NCBI GenBank assembly: GCA_965285935.1
Contig: OZ260662.1
Location: forward strand, 87,854,001 to 87,918,000
From: Ophelia neglecta
Lineage: Eukaryota
Length of the DNA stretch: 64,000 nt
Direction: 5' to 3'
Positions 11,206 through 23,250 of the stretch are shown here, one piece after another (position 1 is the first letter of the stretch; the number at the start of each line of letters is the position of its first letter). The notes beneath the pieces are model-generated. The model saw nothing but the letters and a program-made list of their open reading frames with translations, did no database searches and had not been told where the DNA came from. Made by a program: the position numbers and the translations under genes.

Positions 11206-11629
11206 TGTAACAACCGGTGGTCTCAGCGGGGTTTGAACTCACTACCCTTGGGTTTCCAGCCAACCACTCTACCAAGTTTGCCAAAGGAGTAACCCCTCTA
11301 GCCAAGCTAGTAGGAGTGTTGTGATCATGCACCAGTGGCCATGACCTGCTCATACATCTCTGTTACATTCTCCCCCCTACTGAGAACCACGTCCCCGTGG
11401 TGGTATGGCCACAGGACGGCTGTTGGGTTCGAGACTCTCGGTGAGACAGTCCCCTACTAGGCTCCATTGTAACAACCGGTGGTCTCAGCGGGGTTTGAAC
11501 TCACTACCCTTGGGTTTCCAGCCAACCACTCTACCAAGTTTGCCAAAGGGGTAACCCCTCTAGCCAAGCTAGTAGGAGTGTTGTGATCATGCACCAGTGG
11601 CCATGACCTGCTCATACATCTCTGTTACA
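11206..11629 (-). mobile_element. TRIM (non-autonomous mini LTR retrotransposon) with tRNA-like LTRs, Helenus-like
   Basis: Two 162-bp LTRs (11206-11367, 11468-11629; one mismatch seen) with TGTAAC...GTTACA ends. 100-bp interior with PBS TGGAGCCTAGTAGGGGA and PPT AGTAGGGGGGAGAA. A-box TGGCAAACTTGG and B-box GAGTTCAAACC in each LTR. Confidence 0.9.
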
Positions 11630-12948
11630 TGTTATATATAAACCATGACAAGCTTTTCCTAGAAAAACAAAGGTTTTAGAATATGAGGCACAATCCAAGA
11701 TTTACCAAATCCAAGTTTCCAGACTTCATTCATAAGGCCTGTACCATGACATGTTCCTTATTTGGCAACAGCAGCACCCAGCCGGTCAACATTGGGGAGA
11801 TGTGGGCCCCACAAATGTGATCTCTAAAGTGTTGAACAGCAAACAGCGACATTGCCCATTAACAGAAATCCAAGGCGCAATACTACAGCAAATAGTATGG
11901 AATGGTTTGAATATAGCCTAGACAAACATTTGATATTCTTTGTTTCTAAAGACTAATAAAGAGTATCTTTTTAGAATATCTATTGGCATATTTCTAGCTA
12001 AAAAATCACAAAAATAGTAGGACCGACCGCAATGAGCCTGTGTTTCAAGTTAGGGATGAAATAAAGAAAAAAAAATTAAGGGACAATGGGAACTTTAATG
12101 CTTTGGGCATATGCTCCCACTGCTTTGATAGCAAGGCTGTAGGCCAAGGGATCAAGGCAGTTAGGGAGAGCTTATTACTCTTGCGGTATAGAAAATTCCC
12201 CTTAATGGCAGGTCCTATATTTGTTTAGTCTGTCATGATAGAATAAGCTACAAACTTGCATTGCTAAAGCCTGGCAAATTGGGAAGATTTGCTCAGTAGG
12301 AAAATGTATTGGAGTATTATGGGTGATCATCCATATTGTACACCCACTGGAGATCCATGTTTGAGCTATAGATGCTAGGATGAGATGGTTTTGCTCCGGT
12401 GAGATGAGAAGAATGACACAGCTCATCGTCTAGTTTATGGATTTAAAGCTCTTTACCATTACAACATAAAAAGCCCATTTTTTGCTTTATGATAATGTTG
12501 AAAATAGGTGGGATTTAAAAGGTATATGCTTGAGGTCAATATTTTTACAAAGTACAGTCAACATGACATGTATTTGACAGATAAAGGCTTGACATGCTGA
12601 GTACTGGCATAACCTGATAAGAGTATAACTACAATATACTGTATTACTATGGTGTAATTGATGTTTTAAAAAAATAACAATATGTATCACCAATGTCAGA
12701 AAAATAGAAAAAAGGTTGTTTGCTGTCACGGCTTGTCATATACTCTGTGTCAAAAGTCATATCTTTCACATTGTTTTAGAAAATCACAATGAAATATTTT
12801 TGTGTGCAAAAGTGTTATAAACACCTACGGCAAATACCAAACCCTTCAAATGAACCCTTTAACGGAAGATGAATAAAAAGGTTACTAGCGTTAGAAACAG
12901 TTAAGTGGGTGGTAGTGATTGCAGGTGTGACCTGGGCTACCTTATTGT
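11628..12948. repeat. Copy B of the 1.32-kb duplication; continues into the apparent empty insertion site
   Basis: Matches 1919-3239. After ccttattgt it continues attcaacg rather than into the LTR. Confidence 0.95.
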
Positions 12949-15914
12949 ATTCAACGTGAACAAGAAGACAACATATATATACTCACGTTTTCGTTGTATT
13001 CCATCGATAACAAAGATGCAATTTGACGCAGTGCGTTTACTAGCAATACCAAAGTACAAGAGCCATTATTTGGGGGGAATGGGGGCCAAAATAGGGCAAA
13101 GTTCTTATAATAACAATATTGTTTTGATAAAAACACTGTACACAAATTCCTCAACCAAATAGTCACAGCCAAACCACACCCACAAATGAACTACCAGGCT
13201 AGCTGCGTCTCATAAAATAGATACATTATGGCAACTAATAAAGATTATAACGATAAATACATCACACACTCAAAGGCACGTTTTCATGTTCATACAAGAT
13301 TTATTTTAAGAAAAGATTCAATAGTTTGAACTACCATGTTTTCTATACTGAAATAACATAAACCGGAAATAAGTTGGTAGCAAATCTAAATAAAGTAGTT
13401 CTCGACTAGCGTATGAATACTTTTTACTTAGCCCCCGGCTTCATGTATTCTGCGCTTCTTTTTCGTTCTTATCCTCTTCGTGCTTCGTCCTATATATATA
13501 TGCCTCGTTGCTCGTTGTGAGTTCTGCATTGTGCAGGTGTTAAATTTGGCCAGTAAGCAGAGAAGGACAAACAAAATTTATTAGACTTGGAGGGTGGAGT
13601 CGGCTACATATGTTCCAGCAGTCTGATTTTGATGTGTTGCACAGGCAGCGGACAACATTAGTGCTCGGGCTTAGCACCACAGTAGCCATGTAGCTGTAAA
13701 TTGCATATGTGAAGAAGTAGTATGTGAGGCCCACTTGTAACACTGGGCCGCACTACGTCGTCACACTCGCAACATACTGCTATAGCTAACTTCGTCATCA
13801 CTAATGTTTTCAGCTGCCTGTGATGTGTTGGTAGTTTTCGAAGTACCGGGGTATATCACAACACTGGTATCCCGGACTGGTATACGTACGTGAGACTGGT
13901 CACTGGGAAGAGTTCTACTGAATTATGGGTCTAACACTTCACCCTGCAGAATATTATATCAAAAAAAAATTCCAATTTAGCCCAAAAAATATGTCTGTAA
14001 AATTTAGTCGTAAACTAATTGTGAAAGGTCCTAGAATAATTTGCCCATATATGCTTTTAACTCGGACAATAAAGCCTATTCCAATTTATTCTCATCTAAA
14101 TGAAGGAGTTTCCCACAGGCTTGATAATCCAGATCCTCTAAATGCAGATGCTATAGCCTACATGTATGTATGCAAAATTATTCTTTTGATATTGACTGAT
14201 TGAGGTTAAACTTTTCCATGCTAACAGCGCAAACGGCAATGAAACAGCTCAAAGAGGCTTTTTACATTATACAACATGAAAACATTTCCTAAGACAAAAT
14301 AGAAAAATAAAAAAACAGACATGCCTTTCGTTATTAAATAAACGTGGTCTTAATACTTTTGATTAGTGGACTTTGCACATTCAAATGAGCAAGTTTTTAT
14401 TTTGATTTGAGTGTTTGGCGGTAACATCTAGAGGCAAACCGTTCCACAGTGTTTCGTTTCGTTAGGAATCCGTGGTTTATACCAGGCGCAGCTACTTTTA
14501 CAAGCTTTCCTCCTCGACCACCAGAGTGCGACAAAAATATTACGCAACATACTCACAGTGTCAGCAGCGTGGAAAACCTAGTCTGCACAATTGTAAAATA
14601 AACACTGACAAGGGTTTATTAAAGGTTTAGGAATTAGTCGTCAGCGGTTGTAAGTTATTGTGCGTGTTCACGGTTTATGGTAATAATCTCTGTTTTGAGA
14701 GGACAAACTTAAAATGACTTGGTTATTAACATAAGTAGACACAAAAATGGCTAATTCAGTAAAGACCAGAATTTACCTGTGACCATGTAGTAAAATTGTG
14801 ACAGGAGACGAGGTATATCTAGAAGGCTATATATATAATCTGGTAATAATATATTACTGTTCTAGATATATAAATTTGTTATATATAGATTGTTGTAATT
14901 AAGACTGGATTAAGGGGGAGTATCTTTCATACTTTGGTAGCAAATTGTTTCGCCTCTAATCCGGTATGAGTACTAGTAATTATCGCATCTATTAAATCTC
15001 CTCTGATACAAGTAACGCTACAGGTCTGTAACTGAAAAATTAACCGCAAAGATAGAGAATCACTGCTCTTCAACTAAGTTGACAAAATAAAGTGCAACTA
15101 ACCCTGTCAAAGAATCAGATCACTCTAAAATCAAAATAGCTAGATTCTCATTATTCTTTGCCATCTATGACAGTCTACTATATATATAATGAAATCGGGG
15201 AGGGGGGGGGGGGGGGCTTACTCTGCATAAAGTCAGAAGGGGTTCTTCCCGTGGCACTTCAATCCCATAACCTTTCCCAGATGAAAAATTAGCTGTATTT
15301 TTTGCAATTATCTTTAAAATGAGATAGTTTAATAGAACATACTTCTAACACATGTGATGTAGATACTTTTCTTATTATTTTTGGGGTGGGCGGCTGCTAT
15401 TTGTTAAAAATGCCTGCCCCATAACATTAACAAAATGTGTTTTGACAACCCTTAAGCCATAATGCCAAAAAGGTGCTCCATTCAGCCTGGAGCATCCTAG
15501 CCTTATACAGAGTGAACCCCCAGGTAATAAAATATGCAAGAAATAAAATTAGCACTTTGAGGATTGAATGATTGTTTTATGTTTCAAGTAACAATTATGA
15601 AAGCACACTCAGGCAATTTAATAATACATGTAAGTTGTAGGTACTTGAGAAACAGTCAATTTCAACATAAAATTATTGCAGTTCATAAAATAAGATGAGT
15701 ATAATTAAGATTCCAAGATTAGTGCAGCAATATACATTTACATGTTTTCAGTTAATGCTACTTTTCAGTGTTACTATTTAGTTGCAAATATGTACCAGTG
15801 AGATCATAATTATAGAAGCCTGTTATGAATATACATGCACTAGTCAGTTTTAAAAATATTCACTATTTTATGTCTTATTTCAAATTTAATTTTTTTTTAG
15901 CATAGTCTTGTAAA

Positions 15915-18900
15915 ATGCCAGAAACAGCGATGGAGAAGGATGAGAAAAAGCACAGGTCCATTCACTGGTTTAGAAAAGGCCTGCGCCTGCATGACAACCC
16001 AGCCTTACTAGCAGCTTTGGACAATGCCTCAGAGATGTGGCCAGTGTTTGTTCTTGATCCGTGGTTTGTTGCCAATGCACGGGTTGGAACTCTTCGCTGG
16101 AGATTTCTGTCTCAAACATTGATTGCCCTTGACAATAACCTGAAAAAACTTGGAGGAAGGTTGGTTTTAACTGTCAGTGATACTGTGTTTAAAAATTAAA
16201 TTCGGTATGTGAAAGCTAATTGCCCCTCCTCCCCCTCCCAACATATATTTTTCAGTGAAAATTTTAAGGAGATATTTATTGGGTTTGTCCTGTGCCTCTT
16301 AATATACTGTGTGTAATATACTGTGCACAAATGTTGCGAATTCATTAAAAAGTGGTAAGATATATAGGAGGCTACTAAGTGATGTCATATATTTTGCCAT
16401 GAATATACTGTGACTTTCTAGCCTCCATGACCATGAGAATATAAGGGTATTCATTGCTTTGAAAAACTATAAAATGAAAAAATTTAACTTCATTAATCTA
16501 TAATTGTACTGTTGTCAAGACAACCTGTATTTTTATCTTTGGGAAAGATGTGCTGTGGTCCATTGGACCAAATAAAACATGTTATGTTTATGATCCTTTT
16601 GAGTGAAATTCTCAACATGAATGGTAAGCCCTTTTATTTTTCTGGTTTCGTGTTTGCTGCTTTGAGTTTGTAATAGTTTTGCTTTGAATTTCTGCTTCAT
16701 GTCCCTGCTCAACAATTCTCAAAGTAAAGGGCATGAAGAAAGAGACAGACCAGTAAGATAAAATGTGTTTCATTAATCAAACTTGAGCAACCACTGTAGG
16801 TACAGACTGTTTCATTTAATAACCCACATTTTCACTGGCCGCACTATAAATATGTTGTAATGTATTTTTGCCACTACCAGTTATTGTAACATATTACAAT
16901 TTTGATGTTTGATGAAAAGGAGGGTGGTGTCTTGAAATAATATGTGTATCGATCAGTCTTTTTGAAACGATCAAAAGGATGCACATTTCTTCATGTAAGG
17001 GTTTACTCATGCAGCATACTTGAATGCTATCCATAATATTTAGTAAAAGAGCCTTTCAGATGACTCGTCTGGGACAGTTAGGAGGAAACAGTTTATATAT
17101 CACACAAACGCAGCTTCCTGTTTTTATGTACAAGAATGGTCAATTGTCTGTAAATGCACTGTCTCAATAACATGATCATCTGTTCTCCTTCAGGCTTTAC
17201 GTAGTGAGAGGCAAACCAGCTGAGGTCTTCCCTAAACTCTTCAATGATTGGAAGATTTCAAAACTGACCTTTGAAGTTGACATTGAACCGTACGCTAAGA
17301 GTAGAGATGTTGAGATCGAAGCTTTAGCCCAGTTACATGATGTGGAGACTGTCAAACATGTCTCACACACCCTCTATGATACACAGAGGTATGCACTTCA
17401 ATGTCAGTGGCGGATCTAGGTTGTCAGGAAGGGGGGGGGGCCAAAATCTCCAAAGTTGACAAGGCCAATGTCTGGATTGTCCCCGGTACCAACCCTCTGA
17501 AACCACCTTGCGTAGGTCCGGAAATAGGCCCTGGTCCGGGCCCAATTTTTGGCAAAAGGGACCTGCCCCCCCCCCCCCCCCCTAAATCTGCCACTGAATG
17601 TACAATTAGTACTGAAATTGAATACAAAAACTCTTGTTTAATTTTTCATATTACTCTTTATATAAGTAACATTTAACCAGCACACAATTTGTGATAGCAT
17701 GTATCAATTTATGTGATAAAGTCTAATATTAACAAACACCAACATACATGTAGCTATAAGAATAACAATTTTGCCAAGAACTTATGATTTTAATAGTTTA
17801 TACATCCAAAGAATATTCATATTTAGGTCATAAAATATAATGGCTTCAATAGAATAATTAAACCTTCTGGAAGTATATTGGTACATAACCAAATTAGACT
17901 TTCAAATTTCACATTGATTGACTGGTGTATTTCTTTGCCTGTTAAAGAGTGATAGCAGAGAATGGAGGGAGCCCACCTCTAACCTACCAGAAATGTCAGT
18001 CAGTCCTCTCCCAACTGGGTTCTCCTCCTGTGCCCGTCCCATCCCCGACCAGAAGCTTTATTACAAATAAAGGTAAGTTACTGGGTAACTACAATTCCAA
18101 ACATTTAATAAAGTCAGTAGTTGGGGGAAAAATCATTTAACTTGGATACTACTAACTGTAGAATGTGAACTTTGAATATTTTTCTATTTTTCTAACAGTT
18201 TGAAATTTAAACAAGGGTGTTTTTATCTCGACTTGACCCAAAAAAATTGAGTGCTTATTGTTGAGCATTTGTTTGCTTACATAAAGGGATGTTTGAAGCA
18301 AACATAGAAATATATATCATATAGAGGTAAAATAGATATCTTCCTGTTCTTTTAGTATATTGTCCTAGCAAATGTCAGTTTTGTTCCATCTGGCCAGTGT
18401 CTGACTTAAGTGAATGTCCGGCTGCCTGCAGGCAAGTAGTTTCTATAGTTATGTCAGGCCCTGCTGTCTAGGCTTTTTTTTCCCTGGATGGATTACATTA
18501 CAGGTGTATCCCTGCCAGTGTCTTCTGACCATGACAGCTTGTATGCTCCTCCCAACCTGGCTGAACTAGGGGTGGAGGAGGATAGCTGTGGGCCATGTCT
18601 ATACCCCGGGGGAGAGGCAGAGGGTCTGCAGCGGATGGAGGAACATCTGAAAAAAACTGTAAGATATCAAGCTCTCATCACTACTGATTTCCTGCATGTT
18701 AATCACCTGCTATTCACCTGCTAATCATTGTTTATCACCTGCATTTCAGACTGTCGGCATGGTAAAATATTAGTTCTGCCCTATTGTCTACAAATCAGCT
18801 TTTACTTGTTGCAAAGTCATATGTCAGTTAAACCATCTTATGTTCATGGATTTGGATCGTTAGTGTTTAATATACTGTAGTTATATAGTGTTTTATTATT

Positions 18901-21900
18901 GAAGGCCTGGATTTGCGCCTTTGAGAAGCCAAAGACATCACCCAACAGCCTGAAGCCTAGCACCACAGTGCTCAGTCCCTATCTTAAATTTGGTTGTTTA
19001 TCAGCCAGAACCTTCTATTGGAAGCTTCAAGAGATCTATAAGAAAAATAAGGTGGGTCCCTGTGTACAGTAATTTCATTAAACTCAGTAGGCATACTTTA
19101 GTACATACCTATAATGGTGCTTACAATTTGCATGTTATAAAAGCAAAATCAACCTCCTTGATGGGGTAAGACATCCGCAGTTAAACTCTGGGCTTGAATG
19201 CTCTGTCATGATCTATAATATTTGCCTTTCCCACTAGAAGCATAGCAGTCCTCCGATGTCTTTGGAGGGCCAGCTTCTATGGCGTGAGTTTTTCACCATT
19301 GTTGGTGATGGTACCCCCAACTTTGACCAGATGGAAGGTAACAAAGTATGCAGACAAATACCATGGGAACTCAACCAGGAATGGCTCCAAGCCTGGAAAG
19401 AGGTACACAACTTAGATAGATGAAGTTTCTATTTTTAAAATCATTGCAGAATAAATATTGGGTGGATGATGAATAGTGATTAATGTTGCAAACTGGGTGC
19501 AGTGCATACCTGTCTGATTATGAAAAATAATTATCACTAGATTCTTGAAATTTTGATGATGTTAGTCTGTTTATTCTATGGAAAGTATCAGGTTTCTTGT
19601 TTTGTTCTATAGGGAAGAACTGGCTACCCCTTCATTGACGCTCTGATGATTCAGCTCAAAACTGAAGGCTGGATACACCATCTTGGTCGCCATGCTGTCG
19701 CCTGTTTCCTTACTCGTGGTGACCTCTGGTGTCCATGGGAAGAAGGAATGAAGGTAGTGATATTAATGAATCTTAATAGTTTAACTGTTATCTGGAAGTA
19801 GAAACTTTTAATGCATAGTTTGGTATTTTTAAAAATACTATGGACTATGTATTCTTTGTGGGGGGGGGGGGATAATTAGGGCATTGTCAATTGTGTCAAA
19901 CGGAAAAACAAGAATATGATGATTGAGTCTAAATAATCAGAAATCACTTGTGAAAGAAGGTTGACTAAGTCTTGTCCAAACTACTTGATGATAACATTTA
20001 TTCCGTCATAAATGGAGATTTCATACAAATTGTACCAGGTACATGATGGCAATTACAACTTAGGAGTCGTATACCTTACTGTGGTTAGCTAAACTTTTCA
20101 TGGGGCATGAAACACAATTACTAAATACAATTATAACAATTATTACTTATCTCACCGCAATATTTTAAATACATTAGTCACAAGACCAATCAAAATGATA
20201 ATAGTGTGTGTCAGGCATTTCAGCATAATCTTACACTTTCTGCACTGATTGTTTAGCATACCATTTTCTATAATATTTAAAGAGTATCAGTTGACTTGAT
20301 TTTGAAGCAAAATTGCTGCCACCAAACTTACTTGTAGTGCGGGCTATGGTTAGGAAAACAAGCCTGGGAAGACTTTAAAATATAACAAATAATATACAAT
20401 GAGTTTTCTCTGAATAAATACAAAACCTGAATGGTGTCTCACCGAAATGTTTGGAATAAATATGAAAAAATAAATATGGAAAATATCATCAAGCCCTTTG
20501 TAAAAAATTGTCTCTGAACCACCCTGATTTTGTTTGGCCTAGCGCATGTCATTGAGCCTATTGTTTTCTGACTTCAGACTGCATGACATTTATGCCAAGC
20601 AATTCATCTTTTATACCATCAAGCCGCTTTCTCCTCCCTTCAGCTTAGACATAATGCTATCTTCCTTCCTTGTCACAAGCCACAGTGATAGATCCAAACT
20701 TTTAGCTACGTAAAAATGTTATCTTCCCGCCTTGTGTTTATACTGTCAGGTGTTTGAGGAGTACCTGCTGGATGCTGATTGGTCCCTGAATGCTGCTAAC
20801 TGGATGTGGCTCAGTGCCAGTGCTTTCTTTCATCAATACTTTCGTGTCTACAGTCCTATTGCATTTGGCAAGAAAACTGACAAACGGGGAGAATTTATCA
20901 AGTAGGTTATAACAGCACTTCCATGAATTAGTTGGATGCTACAATTTCAGCCTATCAATAGGCTAAAGGCACTAGCTTCAATTCCTTTTAATGTTGGCCT
21001 CATAAAAACAATGATTTGATAAGGTAATGTGTACTTTTTTATGGGGGGGGGGTTACAGCTTTGGGAACTTAGTGTTTCTCCCTTTGGAGGAACTGCTGTT
21101 GTGAGCCTCCCCCCCCCCCCCACACACACAAAGTTAACCAAGTTTTATATTGCAAATTGCAATAATGTTCACAGCCATGTTGTATAACCACTAGTTTTTG
21201 TTTTACTGGTAAAATGGAAGTGAAAACGATAAAATTTTGCAACTTACCAGCCAGACCAACCGGTAAACCTCAATTTCTTTTGATTTAAAACATGGACTGT
21301 CTCATTTCATCCTTCATTAACAATCCTCACACTGTGACTGGAAAAAATTCCCTTTAGTGAGTTTAATATTGCTACTGGTCAGTCTGATTGGTGAGCTGAA
21401 AAACTTTTCAAAATGATTATGGTCATAGTTAAACTGCTTGTACTGTAGTTTTAAATACAATACGGGTGCGCTGGGAGGGGGGGGGGGGGATTAGAAACTG
21501 GGAAACAACTCTATATTTGAAAACTGTAGTTGAAATACATTTGAAATATTTATTGATTGCTGCACTTTCACTGTTAATTTAACTTGTTTTACAGAAAATA
21601 CCTGCCAATCTTGAAGAAGTTCCCTGAGCAGTATGTATTTGAGCCGTGGAAGGCTCCAGTGAGCCTACAGAAGGCTGCAGGCTGTATTATAGGACTTGAC
21701 TACCCCAAGCCCATCGTAGACCATGATATAGTGAGAGAGAGGAACATCAAGCGGATGGCAGCGGCTTATCAAAGTGGAAAAGAGGCTGGCGAAGGCAGCT
21801 CAGGTGACCCAACAAAAGGTAGCTCGCAGGTTTAATAAAAATATGCTGCTTGTAATTGTTAATTAATCATCTCAATGTATTTGTTAGGGTGTCATATGAC

Positions 21901-22102
21901 AATCCAGTAGACCGCTTTGTTATGTTGAGATCATGCAGTCCTGAGCTTGTTTAATGAGATTCAATTATAATTGTACAATTAATTCATTTTATTTATAGGT
22001 AAAGATTCTGTCAGTAAGAGGTTAAAGTCATCTGCCAAATCATCGCAAAAGGGTAGCATGGAGAAGTTTCTTGAACCAAAGGAGAAAAAGTCAAAACCTT
22101 GA
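15915..22102 (+). CDS. phr6-4: (6-4) DNA photolyase (cryptochrome/photolyase family), ~550 aa, 10 coding exons
   Basis: Exons 15915-16159, 17194-17388, 17948-18072, 18504-18658, 18905-19051, 19238-19402, 19613-19753, 20750-20901, 21595-21818, 21999-22102. All introns GT-AG and phase-consistent (1653 nt). Motifs [91 protein letters not shown] are typical of (6-4) photolyase rather than CRY1/2. Confidence 0.93.
17405..17596. mobile_element. MITE in a photolyase intron, CAGTGGCGGA-type TIR, 5-bp TSD
   Basis: TIR cagtggcggatctagg/cctaaatctgccactg, flanked by aatgt on both sides. Confidence 0.8.
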
Positions 22103-22414
22103 ATAACATAATAGATATCAAGGTTTTCCTTCCTGTAGGAAAAACAATAATTGTCAGGGATGATCATGTGTATTTATGACATTTTAATACTAATAATTTT
22201 GTGAATTGATGGTAACAAATACTTATTAATACACATTAAGGCCAGACTTAGCTACCCACTGGCCTTGTAAGTACACTTTAGTTGCTATAACAAATCAGAG
22301 CTATCTATTCCAATGGGTATAGACATCTCTGTACAAACCTGCTATTTTGTTAGTAAAAAATGAATGCACCAATCTATGCAGGGTAATTGGTGCATTAATG
22401 TACAATTAACATCA

Positions 22415-22985
22415 AAGGGATTATGTCTCAAAACAGGGTTAATGTCTCAAAACCCATGTTTAATGTCTCAAAACCCATGTTTAATGTCTCAAAACCCATG
22501 TTTAATGTCTAAAAATCAGGGATAATATGTCAAAACAGGGATGATGGTCTCAAAACCAAGGACTATGTCTCAAAACCAGGGTAATGTCTTAAAATCAGGG
22601 ATAATGTCCCAAACAGTAGATAATGTCACCAAACCACAGATAATATGTGAAACCAGAGGTATTGTCTTAAAACCTAGGACAATTTCCCAAAACTCATGGT
22701 TGTGTCTCAAAACCAGGGATAATTAATCAAACCAGGGATTATGTCTCAAAGCAGGTGATTCATCTCAAAAATCAAAGAAATATATTGTCTCAAAGCCAGG
22801 GATAAAGGGCAAATGTCTTGATACCAGGAGTAAGGTCTCATAACCAGGGATAATGTCTCAAACCAAGGGCATTGTGTCAAACCAAGGGCATTGTCTCAAA
22901 ATCAGGGGTAATGTCTCAAAATAAAGGGCCTTGTCTTAAAACCAGGGGCAAAGTCTCAATATCAGGGACAATGACTCGAAACCTT
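22415..22985. repeat. Degenerate ~21-bp minisatellite (aaaccagggataatgtctca)
   Basis: More than 20 diverged tandem units with no unique spacers. Confidence 0.9.
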
Positions 22986-23054
22986 GACACAGGCAGTGAA
23001 AGAGCTATGGTCAGAATTTAAAAGAAATTGCTCCTTCATTGGTGCACTGGTTCT

Positions 23055-23250
23055 ATGCCTCAGTACTTACAAACTGCTCTACTCGGTTTGTAAGCCTCAG
23101 TTATTACACACTGCTTTTGTCTGATCCTAAAGCTGTGTACTTAATTAAATACTGCCGTACTCTGTGAGCAAGCCACAGTACTTACACGCTGTTGTAAGTC
23201 TCAGTACATCCATACTGCTGTGCTTTGACTGTAAGCCTCGGTACTTACAT
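23055..23250. repeat. Degenerate tandem repeat (gtaagcctcagtacttacacactgct-like)
   Basis: About five diverged units. Confidence 0.6.

Noticed and set aside
11217-11290. Functional tRNA gene
   Set aside because: The acceptor stem does not pair, the anticodon arm is irregular, and it is embedded in both TRIM LTRs.
1919-12948. The 1.32-kb direct repeats as the LTRs of the Gypsy element
   Set aside because: They do not end in CA and have no adjacent PBS or PPT. The true LTR is defined by the PPT at 4318 and the TGTAACC/GGTTACA ends.
15915-22102. Circadian CRY1/CRY2
   Set aside because: [15 protein letters not shown] and [16 protein letters not shown] are (6-4) photolyase-type, and the catalytic histidines (HHLGRH) are present. 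A phylogeny would confirm this.
22415-22985. CRISPR array
   Set aside because: Eukaryotic context, degenerate contiguous units, no unique spacers, no cas genes.
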